Of a stretch of 64,000 nucleotides of DNA, positions 25,864 through 34,940 are shown piece after piece (within the stretch, counting starts at the first letter, position 1; the number at the start of each line of letters is the position of its first letter). The stretch is from Chloroflexota bacterium (GTDB lineage: Bacteria; Chloroflexota; UBA11872; UBA12225; JAJDUF01), in the NCBI GenBank assembly GCA_022826725.1, contig JAJDUF010000006.1:85519-149518 (forward strand). Reading direction: 5' to 3'. The translations under genes were made by a program, and so were the position numbers. The notes beneath the pieces were generated by a model. The model worked only from the letters and a program-made list of their open reading frames with translations. It searched no databases and was not told the origin of the DNA.

Positions 25864-27294
25864 ATGTCTACCGGGCACGATCTGCTCACCCTCCCCCTCG
25901 CCGCCGCGGCGCGGCTGCTCGCGCGCCGGCAGGTTTCGCCCGTCGAGCTGGTCACGACTGCGCTCGACCGCAGTTCCGCCGTGCAGCCGCACCTCAACTG
26001 TTACCTCGACCTCTACGCCGACCAAGCGCTGACGGCGGCCCGCCACGCCGAAGCGGCGTTCGCCGCCGGCCAGGTTCTCGGTCCCCTGCACGGCATCCCC
26101 TATGCGCCCAAGGACATCTTCACCGAGCCGGGCGTCCGCTGCACGGCCGGCTCGCGCATCCTCGCCGATTGGATTCCCCAACGTGAAGCGACCGTGCTGG
26201 CGCGCCTGCGCGCCGCCGGCGCCATCAGGATCGGCCGGACCAACCTGCACGAGTTCGCCTATGGCATCACCAACGTCAATCCGCACTACGGCCCCGCCCA
26301 CAATCCCTGGCAGCCCAACCACGTGACCGGCGGCTCCAGCGGTGGCTCGGCCGCTGCCGTTGCCGCCGGCGCCGCCGGGTTCTCGCTCGGCACCGACACC
26401 GGCGGGTCCGTCCGCCTGCCCGCCGCTCTCTGCGGGATCGTGGGACTGAAGCCGACGTATGGCCGCGTCTCGCGGTCCGGGCTGTTGCCCCTCGCGTGGT
26501 CGCTGGACCACGTCGGGCCGATGACCCGCACCGTCGCCGACGCTGCCCTGGTGCTGGAGGCCATCGCCGGCCCCGACCCCGCCGACGCCACGTCGTCACG
26601 GACGCCGGTGCCGGCCTACGCCGCTGGGCTGGACGGTTGCCTGGATGGGTTACGCCTAGGCGTGCTTGAGGGCGACGGTTGGGACGAGGTGAACCCGGAA
26701 ATCCGCGACCTGGTCCATGCGGCCGTCTCCACGCTGTGTAGCCTCGGTCCGAGCGTCGAGCCGGTGTCACTGCCGGCCCTCGATGATTTCGGCCCGGTAT
26801 TCGACCCGATCATTCGCTCCGAAGCCACCACCGTCCACCTCAAGTGGCTGCGCTCGCGCCCCCAGGACTACGGAGACGATGTGCGCGAGCGCCTGGAGCT
26901 GGGCTTGGCGCTCCCCGCGACGGTCTACCTCACCGCCCAGCGCGCCCGCACGGTCATCAGCGAGCGGATGCACGCCGTCTGGGAGCGCGTAGACCTCATC
27001 GCCCTCCCCGCAGTCCCGGTGCCGGCCCCCAGGATTGACGAGACTATGGTGCGCGTGCAGCCGGGGACGCCGCCCGTAGACGTGCGCCGCGTCCTCACCC
27101 GCCTCACCAACCCCTTCAACCTGCTCGGCCTCCCGGCGATCTCAGTGCCCTGCGGCCTCACCGGCCACGGCCTACCCGCCGGCCTCCAGCTTGTCGGCCC
27201 ACCCTTCGCCGAGCAGCGCCTCCTCCAAGCTGCCCACGCCTACGAACAAGCCACCGTAGGCACACGGGACCAGCACCCTCCGCTGCCATCCTAG
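25864..27294 (+). CDS. Amidase-signature family enzyme (GatA-like amidase)
   Basis: GPLHGIPYAPKDIF...GGSSGGSAAAVAAG...GTDTGGSVRLPAALCG is the amidase signature. ATG 25864 was preferred to TTG 25855. Confidence 0.9.
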   Translation: MSTGHDLLTLPLAAAARLLARRQVSPVELVTTALDRSSAVQPHLNCYLDLYADQALTAARHAEAAFAAGQVLGPLHGIPYAPKDIFTEPGVRCTAGSRILADWIPQREATVLARLRAAGAIRIGRTNLHEFAYGITNVNPHYGPAHNPWQPNHVTGGSSGGSAAAVAAGAAGFSLGTDTGGSVRLPAALCGIVGLKPTYGRVSRSGLLPLAWSLDHVGPMTRTVADAALVLEAIAGPDPADATSSRTPVPAYAAGLDGCLDGLRLGVLEGDGWDEVNPEIRDLVHAAVSTLCSLGPSVEPVSLPALDDFGPVFDPIIRSEATTVHLKWLRSRPQDYGDDVRERLELGLALPATVYLTAQRARTVISERMHAVWERVDLIALPAVPVPAPRIDETMVRVQPGTPPVDVRRVLTRLTNPFNLLGLPAISVPCGLTGHGLPAGLQLVGPPFAEQRLLQAAHAYEQATVGTRDQHPPLPS

Positions 27295-27618
27295 GCCGGT
27301 CGGCCATGGACCACCGCGCCGAGCGCCGTACCCAGGGACTTTGAGTTGACGGAGGGAGTGAGATGAACCAGGAAGGGCTTCCAAGTCGAATGCGACTGAA
27401 TCGGGGTACCAGAGGTGTCTACACATTCAACGTGTTGTTCAACGGTTGTAATTATGCCCTGAAACTGGCGCAGGAAAGATAGGAGGGGATCCGTTATACG
27501 TGCATGTTCAGCATGCTCAGAGCCTGTACGACACTGTTGCTGGAGTAAGTGTATCCTCTCGCACACCAGCGTAGTGTGAGAGAGGGCCACCAAGGCGCGA
27601 CAACGCTATCCGACGGAT

Positions 27619-27969
27619 TTGACCGAGGGCCAATGGGCCCAACTCGCACCCCTGCTGCCACCACCAGGGATCGGGCCGCCGCTGCGCCACGAGCAGCGGG
27701 TGCTCGTCAATGCGATCCTCTACGTCCTGCGGAGTGGCTGCCCCTGGCGGTTGCTGCCCCATGACTTCCCACCCTGGTCGACGGTCTACCACCACTTCCG
27801 CCAGTGGCGTGACGATGGGGTCTGGACGGAAGTGATGCATGCCTTACGCCGCCAGGAGCGCCAGCGCCGCGACCGGGCGCCGGAACCTAGTGCCGTCATC
27901 ATCGACAGCCAGTCGGTCAAGACGACCGAAAAAGGGGGCCCCGAGGCTACGATGGGGGCAAGCGGGTGA
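27619..27969 (+). CDS. IS5-family transposase OrfA (N-terminal part)
   Basis: [15 protein letters not shown]...[37 protein letters not shown]...[14 protein letters not shown]. It has only a TTG start. The conserved KARQRYPTD lies upstream in frame but without a start codon. Confidence 0.8.
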   Translation: [116 protein letters not shown]

Positions 27970-28376
27970 CCGGGCGCAAGCGTCATCTCCTAGTGGATAC
28001 CCAAGGCTCCATTCTGGCCACGGTGGTGCATCCGGCCGATATCCAGGATCGCGACGGGGCCTATCTGGTGCTGGAGCAAGCGGAGGCGCAGACGACGCGG
28101 GTGCAGCAGTTGTGGGCCGACGCGGCCTACCGAGGGGCGTTTGCCCGCTGGGCCCCGGCCGCGTGGGGCTGGACCATCGCGATCGGACAACGTGCTCCGG
28201 ACACGGTCGGCTTCACGGTCCAGCCCCGGCGCTGGGTGGTGGAACGGACCTTCGGGTGGCTGGGCCGCTGTCGCCGGTTGAGCAAGGACTATGAAGAATA
28301 TCCGGCTACCAGCGAAACCTGGATTGCGTTGGCCATGTGTGCGCTATTACTCCGTCGGTTGTGTCCATCTTCGTAG
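27966..28376 (+). CDS. IS5-family transposase OrfB (DDE catalytic part, -1 frame)
   Basis: The -1 frame continues [24 protein letters not shown]...ADAAY...[18 protein letters not shown]. The shift site is in gaaaaagggggcccc (27928-27942). Confidence 0.8.
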   Translation: [136 protein letters not shown]

Positions 28377-28937
28377 GTATCGTACAGGCTCTCAGTGCGG
28401 CCTTTGCTGTGGAAGCCTATCTCAACCATCTCGGGCAGGATAGGTTTGGCAAGAGGGAATGGAAGATAATAGGACGAAACATGAGTCCAGAAGCCAAACT
28501 ACGGCTATTGGCCAAGCTAACCAATTACAATCCCGACTTTGGCCGGCGGCCGTGCCAGACGTTTTCTGAGATAATGGGGTACCGAAACAGGATGGTCCAT
28601 GCCAGGACTGAAACCCTTACCTTTGTGGAGGGACAAGTATACGACCCTACTACTGGTCCAACTGAACCTGAGACCGGGTGGGAGCAAGCGACGACGCTGG
28701 AGACAGCGGAACGCTTTTACAAAGACTCCTTGGAACTGGTCCGGCAGTTGCACGAGGCGGCTGGATTGCCTGAATACCTACTCCAGTTTGGGGTTTCGGG
28801 ATGGAGTGAGTGGAGCGGTTCGCCCGTATCAGACGGCGAGTAGAGACATACTCACCACTTCCCGGCCTTCGCCAGAGCAGCGTGCCGTAACCTCCTACTC
28901 TGTGCTCTCTGTGGCTGAAAAAAGCGATGATGCACGG

Positions 28938-29765
28938 CTACACCCGCTCGACGGCCGCGGCCGGCAGCCACGTCTCCCGGTCGTCGCGCAGCCGTACCAA
29001 GTACCAACCGGGACGCTCCTCGACGATGGCGAACTCCACACCTGCATGGAGCGGCGCGCGGAAGCTAGGCGCGTAGCCCACCGGGTCCGGCCCCTTGCGC
29101 CCCACCACCTGCGCGGCCACAATGACCCCCTCGTTCGCCCGCCGGCTCCCCACCTCGTCTACGACCAGCGATCCAAGACACAGCACCGCAACCACGGTGA
29201 GCATCGCCACCGGCAGGCGCAGCGAAAACCGCACTAGCTTGAACAGCTTCAGCGCGGCCAGCAGCCAGATCAAATCGAAGGCAATCACAAACACGGCCAG
29301 CCGGGGCAGCACGGGCAAGCCGTCGTGCCAGGCGAGGACCGTGTCCAGCACCCGGCGCTGCGGCGGCACCGGGATGCTGTCCCGCACCTGACTGCGCGCA
29401 AAGGCGAGGTTGCCTTGCAGGTTGCGGTCCTCCGGCGTCAGGCGCTCGGCGCGACGGTAGTTCAGGATGGATCGCCCCACGTCGCCCTGGAGCAGATAGG
29501 CGTTCGCCAGGTTGTAGAAGAGCTTGCCGTTACGAATGTTGCCCGCGCTGACGATCTTCTCGAACCGGACGGTGCTCTCCTGATAGAGCAGCTTGGCCGC
29601 TGCCGGGTCCTCCGGCGCCACCCGCGTCGCCTGCCGGAACTTCTCGTTCGCCTGCTCCAAGAGACCGCGCAGCGCCGCGGGTGCCAGTGTCGGCCCGGCC
29701 GCGAGGCCGGCAGCCGGCAGCAGCGCGATCACCGCCGCGATGAGTACTGCCCTCAGCCGCTGCAT
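28938..29765 (-). CDS. batE: BatE-like protein (signal peptide, TPR, TM segments, C-terminal SH3)
   Basis: LFYNLANAYLLQGDVGRSILNYRRAERL (TPR), hydrophobic helices, and a C-terminus GVEFAIVEERPGWYLVRLRDDRETWLPAAAVE (SH3b-like). It is the last gene of the bat operon. Confidence 0.7.
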   Translation of the reverse strand: MQRLRAVLIAAVIALLPAAGLAAGPTLAPAALRGLLEQANEKFRQATRVAPEDPAAAKLLYQESTVRFEKIVSAGNIRNGKLFYNLANAYLLQGDVGRSILNYRRAERLTPEDRNLQGNLAFARSQVRDSIPVPPQRRVLDTVLAWHDGLPVLPRLAVFVIAFDLIWLLAALKLFKLVRFSLRLPVAMLTVVAVLCLGSLVVDEVGSRRANEGVIVAAQVVGRKGPDPVGYAPSFRAPLHAGVEFAIVEERPGWYLVRLRDDRETWLPAAAVERV

Positions 29766-29799
29766 CGTTCGTACTCTCTCCGCGTGGCCTGTGACAAGT

Positions 29800-31701
29800 T
29801 CACCGGCCCCTAGTCCCTAGCCACCGGTCAATGGCGCCGAGCAGCCGCTCTGCCTCGTCACTTAGCCCCCCGGCAGCGTCCGGCCCGAGGCCGGCAAACC
29901 GCGCCGCGTCACACCGCTCCAGCAGCTCCCGCACCGCCGCGGCCTGTGGTACGCCCCGCGCCCGCAGCAGCCGCTCGGCTTCGGCCGGGGTCAGTCCGGC
30001 AACCGGAACGTCGAACGTCGCCGCCAGGTAGCCCTGGACGGCGCGGCTCGTGCCCGTAGCCTCCATAGACGTATCGCTGTGTGTGGCGCGTAGCTCTCGC
30101 TGCGCCTCACGCAGCGCCCGGCGCCGCCGACCGTCGGCGGTGTCCGCACGCGCCCGGCGCCGCGCGACGTGTACGACAGCGAGACCGAGATAGAGCACCG
30201 GTGGCCCCAGCAGCGCGGCCAGCCACGCCGGGTGGCGCAGCCGTTGCGGCAACCCGCTGCCCTGATCCGTCAGCACCCCGGCATCCTCGTAGTTGTGGGC
30301 AATCCCCTCCGGGCGTGTTTCCACCGCAGCGGCCGCGGGCGCCTCACCGCCTCCGCCAATGGCGTCCGCTGCAGTGACTTGGCGCGTCGCCCGCACGACC
30401 AGCGGGATGGGACCACTCTGCACCGTCCGGTACTCGCCCGCCTCCACGTCAAAGAAGCTCAAGTCGAGCGGCGGGATTGCCGTCACTCGGTCGTTGAGGG
30501 CACGCACGGTCTGCGTGAACACGGCGCTGTCGTCCCGCACGACCGGCGCCGCCGGCGCATCCGACACCTTGAAATCTTCAACCAGGCTGCGCTGCGTATG
30601 CAGGGCCGGCGCGGGGACATTGCCGAGCGGCTCCGGGCCGCGAATGCGGATGGTGAGCGCGATCGGATCGCCGACGTTGACCGCGGTCGGCGCCGCCGCC
30701 GTCTCGATGCTGTAGGCGCCGACCAGGCCCGTAAAGCTGGCCGGGCGCGGCTCCGGCAGCGGCAGCACCTCCAGGTTCAGCTCATTGGAGGGGACGACCA
30801 GCTTGCGCGTCGCCTCGCGGCTGAACGGTGAGTTCCGCAAAAACGAGCTGCCGGAGAAGAAATCGTCGAGCAGACTGCGGCTCGGCGCCTGGCCCGTCAC
30901 GACGTTCAGTTCTACGGCTGCCGGGCCGATCCGAAATTGTCCCGTCTCCTGCGGAATCAGCACCTTTTCCAGGGTCAGCGTCCTGAACTGCTCCCCGTTC
31001 AGCGTGCCCTGCCCTCGACGCGCCAGAACCTCGCTCCCGAGGAAGGGCACCGCCACGTACTCGCCACTGAGCAGGCCTTGCCGGGCATCGGCCGGCGCCG
31101 CCGGGTCGCCGGCCGCGAACGCGCCAGCCAACGGCATGGAGAGCGCAAACCCGCGCACGTTCTGCCGCAGGTACCAGGTCAGTTGGAGCTTGACCGGCTC
31201 GCCGACGTATACCTGCTCCTTTTCCAGCGCCAGCCTGAGCTTGAAGTCTTGGTGCTCCGTCGGCTGCACAACCGTGATGGCGATTGGCTCCGTCCGGTAC
31301 GTCCGCCCGTCTATCGTCAAAGCCGCGGCGGGAATGGTGTGCTGGCCGGGTGAGAGCACCGTCAGCCGGTATTGGAAGTAATACTGCTCGATGACGGTCT
31401 CGGTCCTGCGACCGTTGATAATGGAGATCGAGTGCGATGACACATCTTGGCCACCCTCATACGCCACCGCGAAGGCGTCGGGCGCCGGGAGCTGCGGCTG
31501 GACCTGCGGTGTCGCGCCCTCGACAATCACCCGATACACAAAGCTCTCGCCGGCATAGACCCGGTCCGTTTCGACCACCGCCTGCACGGTGATCGGCTCC
31601 GCGCCGGAGGCCGGGACAGTCAGCGCCAGGACAAGTAGCACCGCTGCCACGGCTGCTACGGTGGCTACGATGGCTGTCAGTCGTCGCATCGGTCTGCTCA
31701 C
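29800..31701 (-). CDS. batD: BatD-like oxygen-tolerance protein
   Basis: Signal peptide, repeated beta-rich domains (VYAGESFVYRVIVEG, VYVGEPVKLQLTWY), a late TM segment and a C-terminal helical domain. Its position follows the TPR protein. Confidence 0.7.
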   Translation of the reverse strand: MSRPMRRLTAIVATVAAVAAVLLVLALTVPASGAEPITVQAVVETDRVYAGESFVYRVIVEGATPQVQPQLPAPDAFAVAYEGGQDVSSHSISIINGRRTETVIEQYYFQYRLTVLSPGQHTIPAAALTIDGRTYRTEPIAITVVQPTEHQDFKLRLALEKEQVYVGEPVKLQLTWYLRQNVRGFALSMPLAGAFAAGDPAAPADARQGLLSGEYVAVPFLGSEVLARRGQGTLNGEQFRTLTLEKVLIPQETGQFRIGPAAVELNVVTGQAPSRSLLDDFFSGSSFLRNSPFSREATRKLVVPSNELNLEVLPLPEPRPASFTGLVGAYSIETAAAPTAVNVGDPIALTIRIRGPEPLGNVPAPALHTQRSLVEDFKVSDAPAAPVVRDDSAVFTQTVRALNDRVTAIPPLDLSFFDVEAGEYRTVQSGPIPLVVRATRQVTAADAIGGGGEAPAAAAVETRPEGIAHNYEDAGVLTDQGSGLPQRLRHPAWLAALLGPPVLYLGLAVVHVARRRARADTADGRRRRALREAQRELRATHSDTSMEATGTSRAVQGYLAATFDVPVAGLTPAEAERLLRARGVPQAAAVRELLERCDAARFAGLGPDAAGGLSDEAERLLGAIDRWLGTRGR

Positions 31702-32873
31702 CAGTTCTTCTCTACCGGCAGGGTGCGCGGCAGGGTGCCGCGTTGTAGCTGCTCACGCGCCGCCCGGTCCCGCCGTTCTTTATCCAAGATTTGCGCCGCC
31801 GTGGCATCCTGCGGCTGCTGGTCCTGATCCTCCGGGCCGGGCTCCTGCTGCGCTGGCGACTGCTGGGCGGCTGCTTCCTGCTGCTGGTCCTGTGCCTGCG
31901 GAGCGCCGGCCGCCCCCCCGCCGCTGGGGTCGCGCAATGCCCGCAGCGCCTCTGCAATGTCCTCGGCCGCGGCGCGCTGGTGGCTGGCCGCCGACTGCGG
32001 CTCCTGGCTCTCTAGCCGGTCTGCCGCCTGCACTTGCTGGCTCTGCGCGTCTTGTAGCTTCTGGATCGCTTCCTGGCGGCGCTCGTCGCCGGCCTCCGGC
32101 GTACTGGACGGTGACGGCGTGCCCGACGGCTGCGCCGACCCCGCTTGCTCATCGAGCCGCTGCGCGGCCGCGGCGGTTTCCTCGCTAATCTGCTGTTGCT
32201 CCTCCCGGAGCTGCCGCAGCGCCTCCGACCGGGCGGCCTCTGGCGGCGGCTCGTTCGCCAGTTGGGCCGACCTGGCAGCGGCCTCTTCCTGCCGCTGCTG
32301 CAAGTCCCGGAGTTGCTCGGCCAGTTCGTTCTGCGCTTGCCGCTCCCGCTGTTGGTCCTGCAGCTGATCGAGGATGTCCTTGATGGCCAGCCGCACCACC
32401 TCGATGTTGCGGGCGGCCTCCCGGTCGCCCGGCGTAAGCTCCAGCGCCCCCTGGTAAAACGCCACGCTTGCTTGCAGTGCGGAAAGCGCCTGCTGCACGT
32501 CGCTCTCGCGCTGCGCCATGCCCTGCTGGAACTTACTGTTGCCGAGGTTGTACCGAGCCGCGGCCACCAACTCCAAGTCCTGCGCGGTCCGGTCCACCTG
32601 CCGGAAGAGCCGCTCCGCCTCGCCGTAGTCGCCCAAGGCATAGTGAGTAACGCCCTGGTTGTAGACCACCTCCGGCGCACCCGGCAGTTGGTCCGCCGCC
32701 GCGGTGTAGGCCTCCAGCGCCGCCGTGTAGTCCTGCTGGTCGAAGAGCGCATTGCCCCGGCCAACCTCAGCCCCCGGCCGGGCCGGGGGTAAGCCTGTGG
32801 AGACACACGCACTCAACGTGACTCCCCACAGCACGATGAGGAGGACAAGGGCGCTAGGCCGTCTTGCGTTCAC
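31698..32873 (-). CDS. batC: BatC-like TPR protein with a long Q/E-rich coiled-coil tail
   Basis: TPR repeats (NALFDQQDYTAALEAYTAA, YNQGVTHYALGDYGEAERLF) followed by a QQ/EE/AA low-complexity region. Confidence 0.7.
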   Translation of the reverse strand: MNARRPSALVLLIVLWGVTLSACVSTGLPPARPGAEVGRGNALFDQQDYTAALEAYTAAADQLPGAPEVVYNQGVTHYALGDYGEAERLFRQVDRTAQDLELVAAARYNLGNSKFQQGMAQRESDVQQALSALQASVAFYQGALELTPGDREAARNIEVVRLAIKDILDQLQDQQRERQAQNELAEQLRDLQQRQEEAAARSAQLANEPPPEAARSEALRQLREEQQQISEETAAAAQRLDEQAGSAQPSGTPSPSSTPEAGDERRQEAIQKLQDAQSQQVQAADRLESQEPQSAASHQRAAAEDIAEALRALRDPSGGGAAGAPQAQDQQQEAAAQQSPAQQEPGPEDQDQQPQDATAAQILDKERRDRAAREQLQRGTLPRTLPVEKNW

Positions 32874-33858
32874 GGATCAATGTCTCTCCTACCAGCAGCA
32901 CCAGCGCCAGCAACAGGAGGATTTGGTACCGCTCGTCATAGCGAATCACCGACTGCGACTCCAGCTCGCGCTGCTCCGCTTCCTTGACAAACTGCTCATA
33001 CACCTGGTCCAGGTTGATATTGCCGGTAGCGACGTTCAGATATTTCCCATCGTGCGACGCGAGGGCGATCCTGCGTAGCGTTTCACCGTCCAGCCTGGTC
33101 CGTACCTCCTCGCCCCGGTAGGTCAGGAAGGCCCGCCGCCCGGCCTCGTCCGTGACGGGAATCCGCCGGCCCTCGCCCTCGTCGCCTAGACCGATGGCGA
33201 TGATGCGGACCCCCGCCGCGCCGGCCTGTTCGGCTGCCTGGACGGGGAAGCTCTCGTGATCCTCTCCGTCGGTGATGAGGATGATGTCCTTGAACCCACG
33301 CTCGCTGTCGTCGAACACCTCGTTCAGGGCCACGCGAATGGCGTCGCCGATGAGCGTGCCACCGCGCGAGACGCTCTCCGGCGCGAGGTCTTGCAACGCC
33401 AAGCGCATGAAGCTGTAGTCCAGCGTGAGCGGGCTTTTCACGACGGCTGTGCCGGCGAACGCCACCAGCCCTACGCGGTCCCCGTTCAAGGTGTCCAACA
33501 CGTCCGCAGTGGCCAGCTTGGCCCGCTCCAGGCGGCTGGGCGCGAGGTCCTCGGCCAACATGCTGCGCGATACGTCCAGGACAAACACCACGTCGCGCCC
33601 TAAGCGTTGCAGCTGCGCCGGCTGCGGATTCCACCGCGGCCGCGCCAGCGCCACGGCAATCAGCCCTAGCGCCAGCAGGACCAGCGCCGCCTTGGCGATC
33701 TGTCGCGGCCGGCTGACCGAAACGCTCAGCCTGGGGAGCAACCCCGGCTCCCGGATGAACGTCCGCAGCGCCACGCTCTTGCGGTGGAAGCCGTAGGCGT
33801 AGAGCGCCGCCAGCGCCGGGAGCACCCACAAGGCGTGCAGCCATTCGGGGCTATGCAT
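32854..33858 (-). CDS. batB: VWA-domain membrane protein BatB-like
   Basis: DVVFVLDVSRSMLAEDLAPSRLERAK (MIDAS DxSxS), ...ILITDGED. The start was placed at ATG 33858, which forms an ATGA overlap with the upstream stop. The ORF track start is 33879. Confidence 0.8.
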   Translation of the reverse strand: MHSPEWLHALWVLPALAALYAYGFHRKSVALRTFIREPGLLPRLSVSVSRPRQIAKAALVLLALGLIAVALARPRWNPQPAQLQRLGRDVVFVLDVSRSMLAEDLAPSRLERAKLATADVLDTLNGDRVGLVAFAGTAVVKSPLTLDYSFMRLALQDLAPESVSRGGTLIGDAIRVALNEVFDDSERGFKDIILITDGEDHESFPVQAAEQAGAAGVRIIAIGLGDEGEGRRIPVTDEAGRRAFLTYRGEEVRTRLDGETLRRIALASHDGKYLNVATGNINLDQVYEQFVKEAEQRELESQSVIRYDERYQILLLLALVLLVGETLIRERKTA

Positions 33859-34940
33859 CAGGGCGCTCTCCGTAGCCACGTGTTGCTCAGGACTATCTCG
33901 GACAGCAGCAGGAGTCCCGCCGCCAGCGCGTAGGGCAGAAACGCTTCGTCGTGCTGGGCAAGCTCCAGCGTCTCGATCTCCGTCTTCTCCAGCCGGTCAA
34001 TCTCCCGGTAGACGTTCCGCAGCGCGTCGCCGTCGGCCGCCACGAAGTACCGTCCGCCCGAAACCTCGGCCACCGTCCGCAAAGTCGCCTCGTCCGGCCC
34101 CAGCCCGACGGCCGGCACCCGCACGGTACCGCCCAACGGAGTCTGCACGGTGATGAACTCCTCGCCGCCACCGATCCCGATGGCATAAATCTTGATCCCC
34201 CAGTCGCGGGCCAGCGCCGCGGCTTGGCCGGGTGTCATGTCACCGGCATTGTTGCGCCCGTCGGTGAGCAGGATGGTCGCCTTGCTCTTGATCGTGAAAG
34301 CATCGCCGTTACCGCTCTCCGCCCAGCGGGCAATGTCTTCCTCGGCCCGCTTGAGACGCGCGGCCGCCAGCGCCAGGGCATCGCCGATGGCCGTCCCGTC
34401 CTCCGCCCTGAGCTGGACAATCTTGGTGCCCTGCACAAATTGCACCAGGGCATCGTGTGCGCGCACCAGCGGCGCCGCCGTGTCGGCGAACCGGGCAAAG
34501 GCGATCATGCCGATGAGGTCGTGCGGCCGGCCGGGCAGATCGTCACCGTTGCCCACGACGAACTCGGTAAACACCCGCTTGACCACCTCCAGCCGGTTCA
34601 GGCGCACACCCTCGAAGTCCATCTCCGCGCGCATGCTGCTAGAGCGATCCACGACCATCTCCAGGGCGATCCCCTCCGTGGACACGCGCGTTTCGGACCG
34701 GCTCATCTGCGGCCGGGCGATGGCGACGATGAGCAAGGCGAGCGCAGCTAGACGCAGGACCAGTAGCAGCGGTCTCGCCCAGAGGCGCACGCTGCGGCCC
34801 AGAGTGCCAACGCGCCGCAGCGACGAAAACCGCACGGTAGCCGTGCGCCCGCGTCGCAGATAAAACCACGCCACGAGCGGCAGCAGCGGCAGCAGCAGAA
34901 AGGCTTGGGGCGCTGCAAAACGCACGGTCACGTCTCCCAA
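33858..34940 (-). CDS. batA: VWA-domain membrane protein BatA-like
   Basis: N-terminal TM helix, MVVDRSSSMRAEMD (MIDAS), ILLTDGRNNAG and a C-terminal TM helix. The start is uncertain (TTG 34940 or GTG 34931). Confidence 0.8.
   Translation of the reverse strand: MGDVTVRFAAPQAFLLLPLLPLVAWFYLRRGRTATVRFSSLRRVGTLGRSVRLWARPLLLVLRLAALALLIVAIARPQMSRSETRVSTEGIALEMVVDRSSSMRAEMDFEGVRLNRLEVVKRVFTEFVVGNGDDLPGRPHDLIGMIAFARFADTAAPLVRAHDALVQFVQGTKIVQLRAEDGTAIGDALALAAARLKRAEEDIARWAESGNGDAFTIKSKATILLTDGRNNAGDMTPGQAAALARDWGIKIYAIGIGGGEEFITVQTPLGGTVRVPAVGLGPDEATLRTVAEVSGGRYFVAADGDALRNVYREIDRLEKTEIETLELAQHDEAFLPYALAAGLLLLSEIVLSNTWLRRAP

Larger units (their letters stand above)
27520..28391 (+). mobile_element. 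IS5-family insertion sequence (IS1031/IS427-like, 872 bp) with a 3-bp TCA target duplication
   Basis: IRL gagcctgtacga (27520-27531) and IRR tcgtacaggctc (28380-28391). Flanking tca is present at 27517-27519 and 28392-28394. The transposase lies in two frames. Confidence 0.85.
27363..28843 (+). pseudogene. HEPN-like (RNxxxH) gene disrupted by a TAG nonsense codon and by the IS insertion
   Basis: The 27363-27479 ORF, TAG at 27480 and ATG at 27504 all share one frame. The frame resumes exactly after the IS plus TSD (875 bp), giving ...MFSML|SAAFAVEAYLNHLG...EIMGYRNRMVHARTE... Visibly lower G+C than its surroundings. Confidence 0.6.

Noticed and set aside
31790-32330. Q/E/A-rich repetitive DNA inside batC as an independent repeat or separate gene
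   Set aside because: It is in frame within the BatC-like ORF and reads as a low-complexity, coiled-coil-like tail. The many overlapping ORFs on both strands are composition artefacts.
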